Below are positions 32,679-46,169 of a DNA stretch of 64,000 nt, one piece after another. The number at the start of each line of letters is the position of its first letter. Within the stretch, counting starts at the first letter, position 1. The translations under genes and the position numbers were made by a program. The stretch comes from Octopus vulgaris (Eukaryota): NCBI GenBank assembly GCA_951406725.2, contig OX597817.1:70308001-70372000 (forward strand), given 5' to 3'. The notes beneath the pieces are model-generated. The model had not been told where the DNA came from. It ran no database searches and saw only the letters and a list, made by a program, of their open reading frames with translations.

Positions 32679-33466
32679 CACTGAGCAACAAAAACAAAAT
32701 TATTATCTGCTACCCAGACAAATGGTTGCTGTACTAAACTAAATTGAGTACACTGATTAGTAATGAAAAAGTAACAATCAGAGACAGAATTGGTTGGCTC
32801 ATGCCATACCATTGGTACAGCAAAAGGCACTCCCTTCTGTTTTCCATTCAGCCACTGTGTAAGCCCTGAGTAACACATGATGCAGCATATATGAGGTGCC
32901 TACCTCTTGTCTTGGTCCCTAACTTTACACCTGAAATAATATTTACAGGCAGTTTTTAATTTGGTGGCAATGTTCTTCTGCTGCTCACACGGAGCAAATT
33001 TTCCACAGACATAACAAAAGTTGTCTGGATGATTCACACTGTCTCTCCTATTCATGATCTAACACAATGAACACAGTTAAAACAATAATCACACAGAACA
33101 AGAGATACACACACCACACATGACAGCAGCGCAAATGACACTGAGAGTTACCAAGAGCAAACTGACATATTTGGTGCTTGCACACAATATATCAGTGCCA
33201 TCTATTACTAAACTAAATAATGAACTTTCTCATCATTTATTTTATTGCTGTTATTTCTTTAATTTTGAATTAAGCCCGCTTTCATTTTAGCAAATTTTAT
33301 AATATGGCCTCTACTAGCCGAAAGTATAGTTATAATCTTGTGCATATGCATAACTCAAAATCCTGACATGCTTGAACAATTCTGAGTGTGGACTCGGAAT
33401 CAGCATTCTTGATTTAGTCTAAATCACATGCTTTTACCCAAGTAGCAAAATCTTTGTCGTCCAGTG
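32679..33466 (-). mobile_element. Internally deleted CMC/Chapaev3-type DNA transposon with transposase 5' remnant
   Basis: Termini CACTGGACGACAAAG / CACTGAGCAACAAAA; TTA TSD at 32676-32678 and 33467-33469. From the ATG at 33055: MNRRDSVNHPDNFCYVCGK...YYFRCKVRDQDKR*APHICCIMC...W..GK..PFAVPMVWHEPTNSVSDCYF. Confidence 0.8.
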
Positions 33467-35713
33467 TTATCAAACCACCACAACCATTTCATTGTCAAAA
33501 CTAGAAAAGCTGTCTTCAACATCCTTTCCTCTCCCACCACCTCACAAACACATACTTTTTGCCTCTCCTCCTTCCTTCCGATTCTTATACAACCAATTCT
33601 TTCTCTCTACAACCTCATTTACATTACACTACAACCTCATTTGCATATGCATTGCTCCACCCACCAGATGATCGGCCGCTGCCACCACCAAGTAAAACTC
33701 TAAGGCCACATTTAGATAATGACAAGAAAATCAAAGTCATTGCCAACCTTTTATCATAAAAAAACAAATATTGACAGAACTACACTATTGAGTGATCCTT
33801 CACTTTACTGTTGGACTTGTTTTTCTATATAACTTTACACAAACACACACATATATGCATATGAATATATTTTCATGTTTGTGGATATAGATGAATCTTG
33901 TGTGTAGTTATTTGTTGGCTATGTGCATGCATGTAGAAGTACACCAAAGTTATCTGAACATGTCAATAACCCCCAAAGATCTGTTAGATGCAAACTGCAG
34001 TCAGCTAACACGCCAGCTGGCCAGCCAACCAATAGTGTTACAATGTGACGGAGAATGAAGGGAAAGAGAGTGGGAGAGACAGTCAGTGTGGCTGTGTGTG
34101 TGCGTGTGTGTGTAGCCTGGGCTGCATTCAATTTTTAAATAAAAAAAACCTTGAAGAATCACTCGAACATGCCCGCCTTGCCTCATTCTTTGTGAAAAAG
34201 GAAATAAAAAAAGGAAGGAAAGAAAAAAGTGACAGACAGAAGGAAAGAAGGAAAAAAAAAAAGAGACTGACTGATAGAACCATTGAAAGAAAAGAAAGGA
34301 AGACAAACAGATGGAGGTTGGTGGGGAGCAAGTTTGAAAACAATAATTGTGGGTAGCAATGAGAGATGGGTGTAGTTAAATGCTGTTTGTTGCAAGAGCT
34401 GATCATGGATCATTGGTGATGGTTGTAGTTGTTGTTTTTTAACTCCAGAGTTGGCTCTGATTGAATAGATTTATGATTAATGTTATAGCAGACACAATAA
34501 TCCCTAACTTCTTTCACTCGTTTTTCAGGCATTGTGTACCAGACTACAATAGTTAATGCATTCTGACTTTTTTATTTAATGATAAGTTGTGATTATGAGG
34601 TAGATTTATTTGCTATTTTAGCAGGCCGATCAACCATGCAGGGGCTCCCTTCTGTATTACAGTTAAAGCTGTAGGTGTATGATAGTTGTTACTTAGATTT
34701 AGGTGAGCATTAATCTGATCAGATTTAGGGTGGTAAGAATCTCAGCTTTGACCATCCAGGCTTTCTTTAAAAAATTATATAACCAAATGAGTCTTTCCAC
34801 TTTTGAAGATAGCAGGGTGTAATTTGAGAGAAACTTAGACTGTTATTTCTAGCAGCTCAAGCAACAGTGACCCTGAAGAATAATGTTTCCTAACTTAATC
34901 ATTTTGGAGAACACTTGAAATAAATTTCATGTCACAAGGAACTCTTACATAAAAAGGTGCAATCATTGCTGCATGGTTAAGAAGTTCCCTTCCCAACCAT
35001 GAGGTTTGGGACTCTTGGGTAAATGTCTTCAAACAGAACCCCAGGCTAACCAAAATTGTGTGAATGGATTTAGATGAAAACAGAAAAAAGCCCCTCGTGT
35101 GTGTGTGTGCACGCATGCATCATGCATGAGCCTCCTTGTCTTAACATCACAATAGTTATAAATGAATATCACCACCATACAAGCAGTGTCCCTCATCATC
35201 AGACTTCCATGAAAATATGTCCAGCCATGGGAAATATGACCTTACTTTGAAACAAGTGAGGGTTGGCAACAGGAAGGGCAATTGTCCATAAAAAATCTGC
35301 TTCAATGAATTCCATTTGATTTATGCTAGTGTGGAAAAGTGAATGCTAAATTCATGGTGATAAAATTGATCAAATTAATATTTTGTTTTCTCTTTCATGA
35401 AGATAAATTTCAAACATGTGATAAAACAAAGGTGCTGAGCTGGCAGAATCATTGGCGTGCTGGTAAAATGCTTAGTAGCATTCCATCTATCCTCATGTTT
35501 TGAGTTCAAATTTCACCAGGGTCGACTTTGCTTTGCATCCTTTCGAGATCAATAAAATAAGTACCAGTTGAACACTGGGATGGATTTAATCAACTGAGTC
35601 CTTCCCCCAAACCTGCTGCACTTGAAATCAATATGTAATAAAACAAATCATGAAATCATCTTGGAAAGATTTGGCAGCATTTAAATTCATCAAATGCCAT
35701 ACAAACTGTTTAA

Positions 35714-36239
35714 CCCCTTTTGTTACTACATTTCTGCTGCTATACATTGCCTCAGTTTATATTAATTTTGGTAACAATGAAGAATTTTGGTAAAATAGCT
35801 TTATCATTAAGTTAGTGTTTAAATTTTATCTTTTACTTGTTTCAGTCATTAGACTGATGCCATGCTGGCATTTGTAATTGAATGAACCAACCCAAGTACT
35901 TATTTTTCTTTATTTAAATTGGCACTTATTCTATCAATCTCTTTTGTTGAACTGCTAGATTACAGGAATGTAAACACACCAATACTGATTGTCAAGTGGT
36001 GGTGGGGGTAAACATATATATATACATATAGCAGGCTTTATTCAGTTTCCATCTACCAAACCCACTCACAAGTCTTTGGTCAGCCCAAGGCTATAGTAGA
36101 AGACACTTTCCCAAGGTACCACGCAGTGGGACTGAACCTGAACCATGTAGGTTAAGAAGTAAATTACATACCACCACACAGCCACTCCTGTATTATAGAA
36201 CCAAAAGGGACAGTCTTGAGCAGGCTGATATCAAAAGGG
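35714..36239 (+). mobile_element. piggyBac-like MITE with a nested minus-strand SINE (~35822-36190)
   Basis: TTAA at 35710-35713 and 36240-36243; TIRs CCCTTTTGTTAC / CCCTTTTGATATC. Confidence 0.75.
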
Positions 36240-36634
36240 TTAAAGAAACCTCATCTTAACCATGCAAATGTTTAGACTGAGTTCCCCACCAATTCCCAAA
36301 CAAGAAGTCATTTTTTTTTTCCTAGAAAACTCTTCTGACTACCTGCAGATGCCAGGAGTTTCCTACATTAGGAAATGATAAAACATGTATAAAAACATAA
36401 AAACTACTTTCAAAAATGCAATTGGCTACAACTAGCTCATTTATCACTATTTCCTGTACAATCAGTAAAAACTTCTTGAAGACACCTAGGGTTGCAAGGA
36501 ACCCTGGCTAGGAAACACTGATGTAGGTATTCAATTACAGGATTGTGTGCCAATAAAATTTCACTGTAAGTGTTTTCTTTTCCTGTTAGGTTTAAGATCC
36601 ACTCAAATCTGCATTGTCTGGAAACCTTTAACTA

Positions 36635-36824
36635 TTTTATTACTCTTTTACTTGTGTCAGTCATGCTGGAGCATCGCCTTTAGTCAAGCAAATCAACCCA
36701 GGACTTATTCTTTGTAAGCCTAGTACTTATTCTATCGGTCTATTTTATCAAACTGCTAAGTTACGGGGATGTAAACACACCAGCATCGGTTGTCAAGTGA
36801 TGTTGGGGGGACACACACAAACAA

Positions 36825-36857
<33 letters not shown>

Positions 36858-37028
36858 CATATACATATATACAAGACGGGCTCCTCTCAGTTTCTATCTA
36901 CAAAATCCACTCACAAGGCTTTGGTCAGCCTGAGGCTATAGTAGAAGACACTTGCCCAAGGTGCCATGCAGTGGGACTGAACCCGGAACCATCTGGTTAG
37001 TAAGCAAGCTACAGCCACTTCTGCGCCC
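36635..37028 (-). mobile_element. Full-length tRNA-derived SINE
   Basis: Same family as 24490-24886. Confidence 0.85.
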
Positions 37029-37389
37029 TAAAATTTTGTTACAACACATTATGTTAACAGTTTAAAATGTCTAATATACTTATATATTATGGTTGATTTA
37101 TGAAAAACAAAAATGTTTAATATACTTTACAATATATTATAGTTGCATAAGGAAATACCATGTCCCTACAAGTCCTTACTATATTTAAGTCAATTAATTT
37201 TGAAAATAATGACATAGCTTTTATATTTTTATGGAAGGTTTATAATTCAGATAATTGTTTACAGAAAGCCTGCATCATAAAATCAGGAGCAATCTTGGAT
37301 AGGCTGATAACAAAAGGATTAAAGAGTTTCTTGATTAATAGGTGTAGGCACACCTGTGTACTTAGGCGTAGGCGTAGCTGTGTGCATAG

Positions 37390-37720
37390 GTGTAGGCATA
37401 GCTGTGTGATAAGAATCTTGCTTGCCACCACATGGTTCCAAGTTCAGTCCCACTGCATGGCACTTTGGACAAGTATCTTCTACTACAGCTTTGGGCCAAT
37501 GGAAATTGAAAGAAGCCTGTCATATATATATATACATATATATATATATTTGTGTGTGTTTGTCTCCAAACCATCACTTGACAACCAATGGTGGTGTGTT
37601 TACATCCCCATAACTTAGCAGTGTGGCAAAAGAGTCCAATAGAATAAGTACAAGGCTTACAAAGAAGGAGTCCGGGAGTCGATTTGTTTGACTAAAGGCG
37701 GTGCTCCAGTATGACTGAAA
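37390..37720 (+). mobile_element. Full-length tRNA-derived SINE, opposite in orientation to its neighbours
   Basis: gtaggcatagctgtgtgataag...aagttcagtcccactgc...ggcggtgctccagtatgactgaaacaag. Confidence 0.8.
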
Positions 37721-40700
37721 CAAGTTTGCCTGTCCTTGTTTATCCCCTCTGTGTTTAGCCCCTTGTGGGTAGTAAAGAAATAGATAAGGACACTCATTTA
37801 TGACCATCACATGATTTCTAGACAAGGATACACACAAACGCACATACATATATACAATGGGATTCTTTCGGTTTCCATCCGACATATCCATTCAAAAGGC
37901 TTTGGTCAGCCTAGAGTTATAGCCATATTAGAAGACACTTGCCCAAGATGCAACACAGTGTGATTGAATCCCAGATCATCATGGTTGGGAAGCAAGCTTC
38001 TTAATCACACAGCCAGAACATAACTTTGTAGAGGGGCTCTAATAATATGGAAATAAGACTGATGATTTCACAAGTTGTCTTCAAAGATAAGAGCTGCTCC
38101 AATTTATTTGACTATATTGTCCGAAAAATTTCAACCACAGGATCTTATTGAATTTATCCCCCTTGGTTGTTTTTCTTTTTTTAAAGTTAACCAGCACCTC
38201 TAGAGGTAATTTTGACTACTAATTACTTGGACAATTACATCTGATTGAAATTTACCAATTTGTTATATTATTTATATGAAACACAACCATATTTGAAGCT
38301 AAACTATATATCACATATTTCATCATTTAATCATCAAGACTAAGAGTCAACAAGGGCGCATTCAGTTGGTTGTTCAATCTGCAAAGAATAACACCCGAAA
38401 TCTTCTTCAAAACAACATCCATTAAGAAAGAAAAAAAGATATCATTGGATAAATGTAGTAACAGATACACTATGTCTGACTAAAGACAGTATGGTCTGTC
38501 TGATCAAAGGCAACCAGTGGCAAACCAACAACGTTATCATTTGCAGCTTTTCTTCAATGCAAATATAGTCTTGTTGTTGTTGTTATTTAGCCCATGGTCA
38601 CTGTAAGTGGTGCAGTGCTGTCCTATGATCAAAGAAAATTTCTACCATGACCAACGCATCTTTTATTCATCAGGACCTCATTATGTAAGGTCTGAATTCA
38701 TTATCTAAGATGCTTAAATGCTATTTCTAACAGGGATAATGACCACCCACATAGAGGGTGGGGGGTTATCGGCTTGAAGGTGGTTAGGAGGGTGTAAAAG
38801 GAGTACGAGGGAAAATAAGGCCAGAATACACATGATGATGGTGATGATGATGACGATAATGACGATAAGGATGATGATGATGATGATGATGAGGAGGAGG
38901 AGGAGGAAGGTTGTGGTTCTGTTGAGAGTAAAAATAAGCCCAGCCAACTAGTTAGTGGTGGCTGTGATGGTTGGGGCAAGAAGGTTGGGAAACTAAATGT
39001 TAAGTGCAGACAAGGAATGGTAATGGCAGTGGTGGTTGCACTGGGAATGTTGATACTGCTGGCGATGATAGTGATGGTATTTAAATGAGGAACATAAAAA
39101 AAGTGTACCAGTAAAAATGATGATGGTGGTGGTGATAATAATGGTAGTAGTGATAGTGTTAAGAGAGTAAAAGTGCAGCCAACCAATGGTATTGGTGATG
39201 ATGATGAAGTGATGCTGGTGGTGGTGGTGGTAGTAGTCACAATGAAGAGGAGAAATAGGAGTGTCAGAATGAGTGATTCCATTCAACCAGTGGCAGTGAT
39301 AATGGTGGTGGTGGTGGTAGCAGTGGTACTTGTGGTGGTGCCCATGATGGTGAAAAGTTAGAGAAGGCTGAAAATGCAGCTAACCAGCAATGAAGACATC
39401 AGCGGTGGTGGTGGTGGCAGTGGTGGTGGTGCTTCAGTGATGATGGCTGATGCAGGGGTAGGGAAGGCGAGACGAAGGCCATCCAACCAATGGCTGTGGT
39501 AATGGTGCTACTGATGGTCACAGTGGTTACAGAAAGAGTAAGGATAGAGGATGAGGTGTAAGTGGTCGTGGTGGTGGTGGAATTCTAATCTAAGCCAATA
39601 AATAAAGCTAATTGTGGCAATGATGTTAAGTGTAGTAGTGCTGGTGTTTTGTTGCTTAGCCATAGGTCAGCTCAGACTAAGTAGACCTGTGATCAAAAGC
39701 AATCCTACCATGAACATCTCCACATTTTTTTTTCCGATGCATTGTGTAGTAGTCTGGACTACATTATCCAATATGTGTTTTTTTTTTTCTTTATTGTGGC
39801 AGCAGAGTGCAATTAATTTGACAGTTATTTCTAGCAAGTTGAACAACCACATAAAGGCAACCTCATTAGTGCAGATGTTAGTAGTAGTAGCAGCAGCTTG
39901 CTAGATGGAGATGATACAAATGGTAATGTTACTACTTTGGTAGTGGTAGTAGTAGTAGTGGTAGTAGTAGTGCTAATATTGTGGTTGTGAGAAGGTGATG
40001 GTAGTGTTGTTGTGTACCCCACCCCCACCATTATCGGGCAACACTGGTCAAGCAGACTTCTGATAAAAAGCCTTCCAACTGTGACCATATGTTTTTATTC
40101 TTTTCAGTTTTTAGTGTGTGATAGGACTACATTAATTAAGAAGGCAGGTTGTGATTTGCATAATATTTGGCTGTTATTTCTAGTAGGGCAGACAAGTACT
40201 TTAGCATGCTGGGTGAAATGCCCAGTGGCATCTCGTCCATCTCCACGCTGAGCTCAAATTCCTCTGCGGTCGACTTCATCCTTTCGAAGTCGATAAATCA
40301 AGCACCAGTTGTGTAATGAGTCGATCTACTCGACCGGCTTCTATGTCAGCTCAGAGGCAGTTTTGATGTTTAGCTCAAGATCAATTCAAGCAGACCAGCT
40401 CATTTTTTTTCCCTATGTGGATAGAATTCTGATTTATTTAAATATCCAGTATGTCCTTTTCTTTTTTATTAAGGTGGTGGACAGTAATTTGAAGGACATA
40501 TCTCTGTTGTTTCTAGCAAAATGCAAGCAATCACATAAAGGCTCCAATATAGGCTTGGAGAAGAAGCTAGTAGCGATGGTGAAATGGTGGTGGCAGTGGA
40601 AATTTTGGTTGATGAGAATAAAACTAAACTAACCAATGAGTAAGAACTGAGGGAGTAATAGTGTTAGTCTCCCTGTTTCCGCAGAACCCTCATCCCCGAC

Positions 40701-41088
40701 CCCCATTCTGATCTTTTAACAGTGTCTGGAGTAATGTTGCTCTTGAGCCTTGTATAAGCGCTAACTAAGCAGAACCTGGTGTATAGTTGCTGATGATGAT
40801 GTTTAGATTCGAGTCAGACCCGATTGTGTAGATCAAAAAAAAAAAAAAACATTCTAACTGAATCCCATACCATCATTTTATTTCCAAGGCATAGTGCACC
40901 ATGAACTACATTATTCAATGAGTCCTTTCCTCCAATTTCATTATTATTTTTTTAAGATAACAGGATGTAATTTGAGAGAGATTTGGCAACCATTTTTAGC
41001 AGGCTGCGTAACCATACAGAGAGCGGTATTTCTTAACCCTTTTTCCGTATTCCCTTCTATTCCAATTCACCATCCCATTTCCGCTCAC

Positions 41089-41650
41089 CGCTGTCACTTG
41101 TGATAAGAAAAAAAGGAATCTAAAAACCCAACACAATTATTATATTACATTAACGGCCTTATATTAACTTTAACATTCTTAAGATCAACACTGAGGAAAA
41201 AAACTATATCAAAAAAGTGTAAATAAAGATAAAGAATTTCTCAGCTCGGAAATAATTTCACCACCAGAATCTCCAAATTTCCCTCTCTGAAATCCTAAAA
41301 AATATCCCCCGCCTGCTCAAGTTAAGAATTGCAGACATAAAGAGTCCCTTCTTGGCACCAACAGGTGATAATGGTTGATGACTTTTAACTTCTTACACTT
41401 CAAATCTTTGTTTCCTTTCCTGTTGATCGTTTTTAACGCAGCGCAGTTTGCGGGTGTGTAGGAGGGATAAAGAGAGACAGAGAGAAAGAGTGAATAATAT
41501 GATGTTGTGTTCTTTCGTAATATGGTGCATTATGGTTAGATTATAGTCATAAAGCGGCAGCACAGACCAACCAATGTATCGTTTCCCCTCCCATCGAAAC
41601 CCTGTGACTAGGCGGGGATTTGGGCGGCATCACTATATTGCATTAACCCA
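41089..41650 (-). promoter_or_regulatory. Candidate distal promoter and non-coding first exon
   Basis: CpG-enriched unique DNA; CCAAT at 41571; GC boxes GGCGGGG (41611) and GGGCGG (41622); minus-strand donor GCG|GTGAGC at 41089/41088. Confidence 0.4.
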
Positions 41651-42488
41651 TTAGCGTGATATAGTCAAACGAAGTTTAACTTACATCAACACCAGTACTT
41701 TTCAAACCAAAAGGATAAGATGAAAGGGTAATGCTGACTCTGGCAAGATTTGAACTCTGAATAGAAAAGGCTGGACTGATGCTTTAATGATTCAGCCAAT
41801 ATACTGCCTTTGCATCGAATATATCAAATCAAAGAACATTTGGAAAGAAAAATAAAATGTAAGCAAAAATTAACATCATCTTCTACGCAACAATAATAAA
41901 AAGAATCTACATGGTAACTTGTCTTGCAAACAATAACAACCAAACCTCTTACACTGAACACCCTGCAGTCTTATAATGTTACCCTGGGACCCCGACACAT
42001 TTGTAAAGGGCTGCATGGTCATAGATGAAATACTGTTGGTCATAGAAAGATCTGCTCAAAAAGGTATGGTTTGGGACTATATCATAGCAACAACAGTGCA
42101 GACAAAACACAACCACACAAGCATGCAGAGAAACATACACACACAAAATAAAATCCAATAAATGCATACACTACACTAGTTATATTGCACCCCTTCTGAA
42201 GAATAGACCTGCCAAGATGCAAAAAGTACCTGCATCTTCACTAACATTGCAGGAAGACAAATACACACACACATGCTACCATATATCTGTATGTCCTCAC
42301 ATAAGCATGAAAATATATTTGTATGCATATATTATATATAGCCCTGCCAGCATAAAACATTCACAATATATTATATATAACAAATACATAATACATATAT
42401 AACACACACATATATATATACACATAACACACACACATATACATACACACACATATACATACACACACACACACATACACACACACAC

Positions 42489-42529
<41 letters not shown>

Positions 42530-42900
42530 CACACATAACACACACACATATACATACACACACACATACATACATACATACATACATACACAGACACACA
42601 TATACATACACACACACACACATTTGTATTGAGTACTTCTTAATTAGACTAATAATTAAGAACAGATGGAATGGATATATATATATATATATATGTGTGT
42701 GTGTATGTGTGTGTGTATATATATATATACACACACACACACTACACTCTTGGAGTGGCTGGCGTTAGGAATGGAATCCAGCTGTGGAAACCTTGCCAGA
42801 TCAGATTGGAGCCTGGTGCAGCCTCTTGGCTTGCCAGTCCCCAGTCAAACCATCCAGTCCATGCCAGCATGGAAAACGGACGTATGATGATGATGATATA

Positions 42901-44172
42901 TTGGGTCATCCCATAAATAATCCGTTTTTTCAATTGCATGAACTAAAAGTTGAAAGCAGACAGGATAAACTACCTACATCAACTTGCTATAAAAGCAAGT
43001 TGTAATTTTATCTTATTCTCAGTGCAAGTTTTGAAAAGCGCAGTTCAATTTTTATAGTTATTTTTTCAAAGCTATAATGGAAGTGACAAAAGAGCATATT
43101 CGACATATTGTGCTCTATGAGTTCGATAAAGACAACAATGCAATAGAAAGTGTGAGAAACATTAATGCAGTATATGGGGATCGGACAATAAGCAAAGGCC
43201 ACTGTCAACAGTGATTCCAGAAATTCCAAGCTGGAAACTACAGCGTAGAAGATGAACCTTGTCCTGGAAGATCTGTAGAGCTTGACGAGGACATCCTGCA
43301 AACCCCAGTGGAACAAAATCCCATCATAAGTGTTGAAGAACCAGCAGAGAAGCTTGGATCTGGTCATTCAACCATTTATCGACACCTGCGTGCCATCAGA
43401 AAAGTCAGAAAATTAGGTCAATGGGTTCCTCACAAACTTTCTATGTCTAATCGCACACAGAGACTGAATGTGTGCTCTTCTTTGCTGTCACACCTCACGA
43501 ATGAACCTTTTTTGGAGTGAATAGTGACTGGTGATGAGAAATGGATTCCCTATTATAATATCAAGTGCTGAAGAGAGTTGAAAAGGAAAGGAGAAACACC
43601 GGCACCTCAGTCTAAAGAAGGTCTTTGCCCACATAAGGTGTTGTTATCTGTTTAGTGGAATATGAAAGGTTTAGTCCACTTTGAACTTTTAAACCCAAAC
43701 CAAATGATAGCAAAGGAGATCTACTGTGAACAGCTCAAGTCAGCATGAGAAGGAAAACAACCATCTTTGATTTCGAGTCAGAAAGTGTTCTTCCATCAGA
43801 ATAATGCTCAGCCACATACAGTGAGGATGAAATTCCAAAGGCTGAAGCAGTTTGAATGGGAAACAATGCCCCATCCACCATATTTGCCAGACATTGCCCC
43901 ATCGGATTATCATTTATTCTGCAATCTTCAAAATCATTTGGATGGAAAAGATATGAATTCTGTAGATGAAATCAGAACAGTCCTGGAGGAGTACTTTTCA
44001 TCATGGATAAGTGAATTTTGGAAGAAGAACCTTGTCAGTCTACCAGATGGATGGAAAAGCATTGTAGAAAATGAAGGAGAGTATAATTTAGATTAAAAAG
44101 GAACTTTGTTTATCTTAATTTTGAAAAATAAAAGAAGTATAGAAAAATATCATTATTTATGGGATGACCCAA
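42901..44172 (+). mobile_element. Full-length (1272 bp) mariner transposon, inactive
   Basis: TIR TTGGGTCATCCCATAAATAAT at both ends and TA on both flanks. Confidence 0.95.
43077..44096 (+). pseudogene. Mariner (D,D34D) transposase pseudogene
   Basis: MEVTKEHIRHIVLYEF...WVPHKL...IVTGDEKW...FHQNNAQPH...HPPYLPDIAPSDYHLF; several in-frame stops and an internal deletion. Confidence 0.92.
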
Positions 44173-44307
44173 TATATATATATCTATATCTATATAGATA
44201 TGCATTCATGCATGCATACATACATTCATACACACAAACATACATACACATATGCATGTATGTGTGTGTATATATACACATCCACAAATATATATACAAA
44301 CACAAGC

Positions 44308-44359
<52 letters not shown>

Positions 44360-44394
44360 ATACATAGTTAAGTTTATGTGTATGTATTTATACA

Positions 44395-44450
<56 letters not shown>

Positions 44451-45241
44451 GATATAGATATGCACACACAGACTGTGTAAATATAGTGTGAATATCGCAA
44501 TGGGTAGGAGAATCAGTAAAGCAACAAATTAAATTTCACGTGTTATTTTCATGCATTCCTTTACATTCTCAGTTCAGACCCCTCCAGCATTCAAACAATC
44601 AACTTTACATCCCTTCAATGTCCAATCAAATAAACAAATCAACTTCTTTCCCCGAAATATGTGGTCATTTGCCAATAGCAGAAAACCTTTTTATTATTAG
44701 GGTGGTAGAGGAAAGTCATTTAGGTATATCAGTAGAATGATGAGCAGAATGCCTTGTGGTTTTTAGTGATACATTTCTCCAATTCAGTTTGTTTTTGATC
44801 ACAAAATTACAGCAAAGGAGAAAATAAAAAGTATTCATAGTTGAAAATTTATGTCAAAGGCCACAATTCACAGCCATGAAACAAGGACCCCTTGTTGCTA
44901 TGAGATATATGTATGTATAGATATAGATATGTGTGTACGTATATGTATATATAGACATCACCATCCGCTTTGAATGGCTTTCATGCCAGTGGCACGTAAA
45001 AAGCACCAACTGATCATGGCCGTTGCTAGCCTCTCTTGGCACCTGTGCCAGTGGGACGAAAGAAGCACCCACTACACTTACAGAGTGTTTGGCGTTAGGA
45101 AGGGCATCCAGCTGTAGAAAAACTGCTAGATCAGACTGGAGCCTGGTGCAGCCTCCTGGCTTCCCAGACTCCGGTCAAACCATCCAACCCATGCTAGCAT
45201 GGAAAACGGACGTTAAACGATGATGCTGGTGATGATGATGA

Positions 45242-45277
<36 letters not shown>

Positions 45278-45384
45278 GATGCATTTCCTATTATATATTA
45301 CGCAAACCTGAAATATACATATTAAATGATTTCAAAATATTTTTATTTGGCCGGACTTCATTTTACAACTATATATATAAGCTT

Positions 45385-46125
45385 GGACATGGCTGTGTGG
45401 TAAGTAGTTTGTTTCCCAACCACATGGTTCCAGATTAAGTCTCACTTCAATGCACCTTGGGCAAGTGTCTTCTAGTATAGTGTCAGGCCAACCAAAGCCG
45501 TATGAATGAATTTGGTGGATGAAAACAGAAAGAAGACCATCTCATATATATTTCTTTTAATTTTTTTCTTTACATCTGTTACTAGTTTCAGCCATTTGAC
45601 TGTGGCTATGCTGGAACACTGCCTTTAGTTGAACAAATCAACTTTGGGACTAGCTCTTTGTAAACCTAGTACTTATTCTATCAGTCTCTTTTGACGAACT
45701 GCTAAGTTACAAGAAGGTAAACACACCAACATCTGTTGTCAAGCGATGGTGTGGGAGGACAAACAATATATGGGCTTCTTTCAGTTTCTGTCAACCAAAT
45801 CCACCCACAAGACGTTGGTTAAACCAAGGTTATAGTAGAAGACACTTGCCCAAGGCGCCATGCAGTGGGACTGAACCCAGAACCATGTGGTTGGGAAGCA
45901 AGCTTCTTACCACACAGCCACTCCTACGATGTATGTCTGTTTGTTCCCCATCCTCCACTGTTTGACAAACAGTGTTGGTGTGATTATATCCCCATAACTT
46001 AACAGTTCAGCAAAAGATTAAGTACTAGGCTTTAAAAATATAAACAAAAGTACTGGGATCGATACATTTGACTATAAATTCTTCAAGGTGTCTGCAGTCT
46101 AATGACTGAAACAAGTAAAAGATAG
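45385..46125 (+). mobile_element. SINE with an antisense copy of the same family (~45552-45927) nested in its internal microsatellite
   Basis: Outer 5' half 45385-45545, inner minus-strand full copy, outer 3' half 45930-46125. Confidence 0.8.
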
Positions 46126-46169
46126 AAATTATATATATACATTCATGATGATGATGTTGATTATATATA

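Noticed and set aside
34166-34185. p53 response element (GAACATGCCC)
   Set aside because: Only one good half-site; the second is out of register and mismatched.
38701-39282. 193-aa Ser/Thr-rich ORF with a hydrophobic start
   Set aside because: Built from (GAT/GGT)n tracts and interspersed repeat; no domain or splice support.
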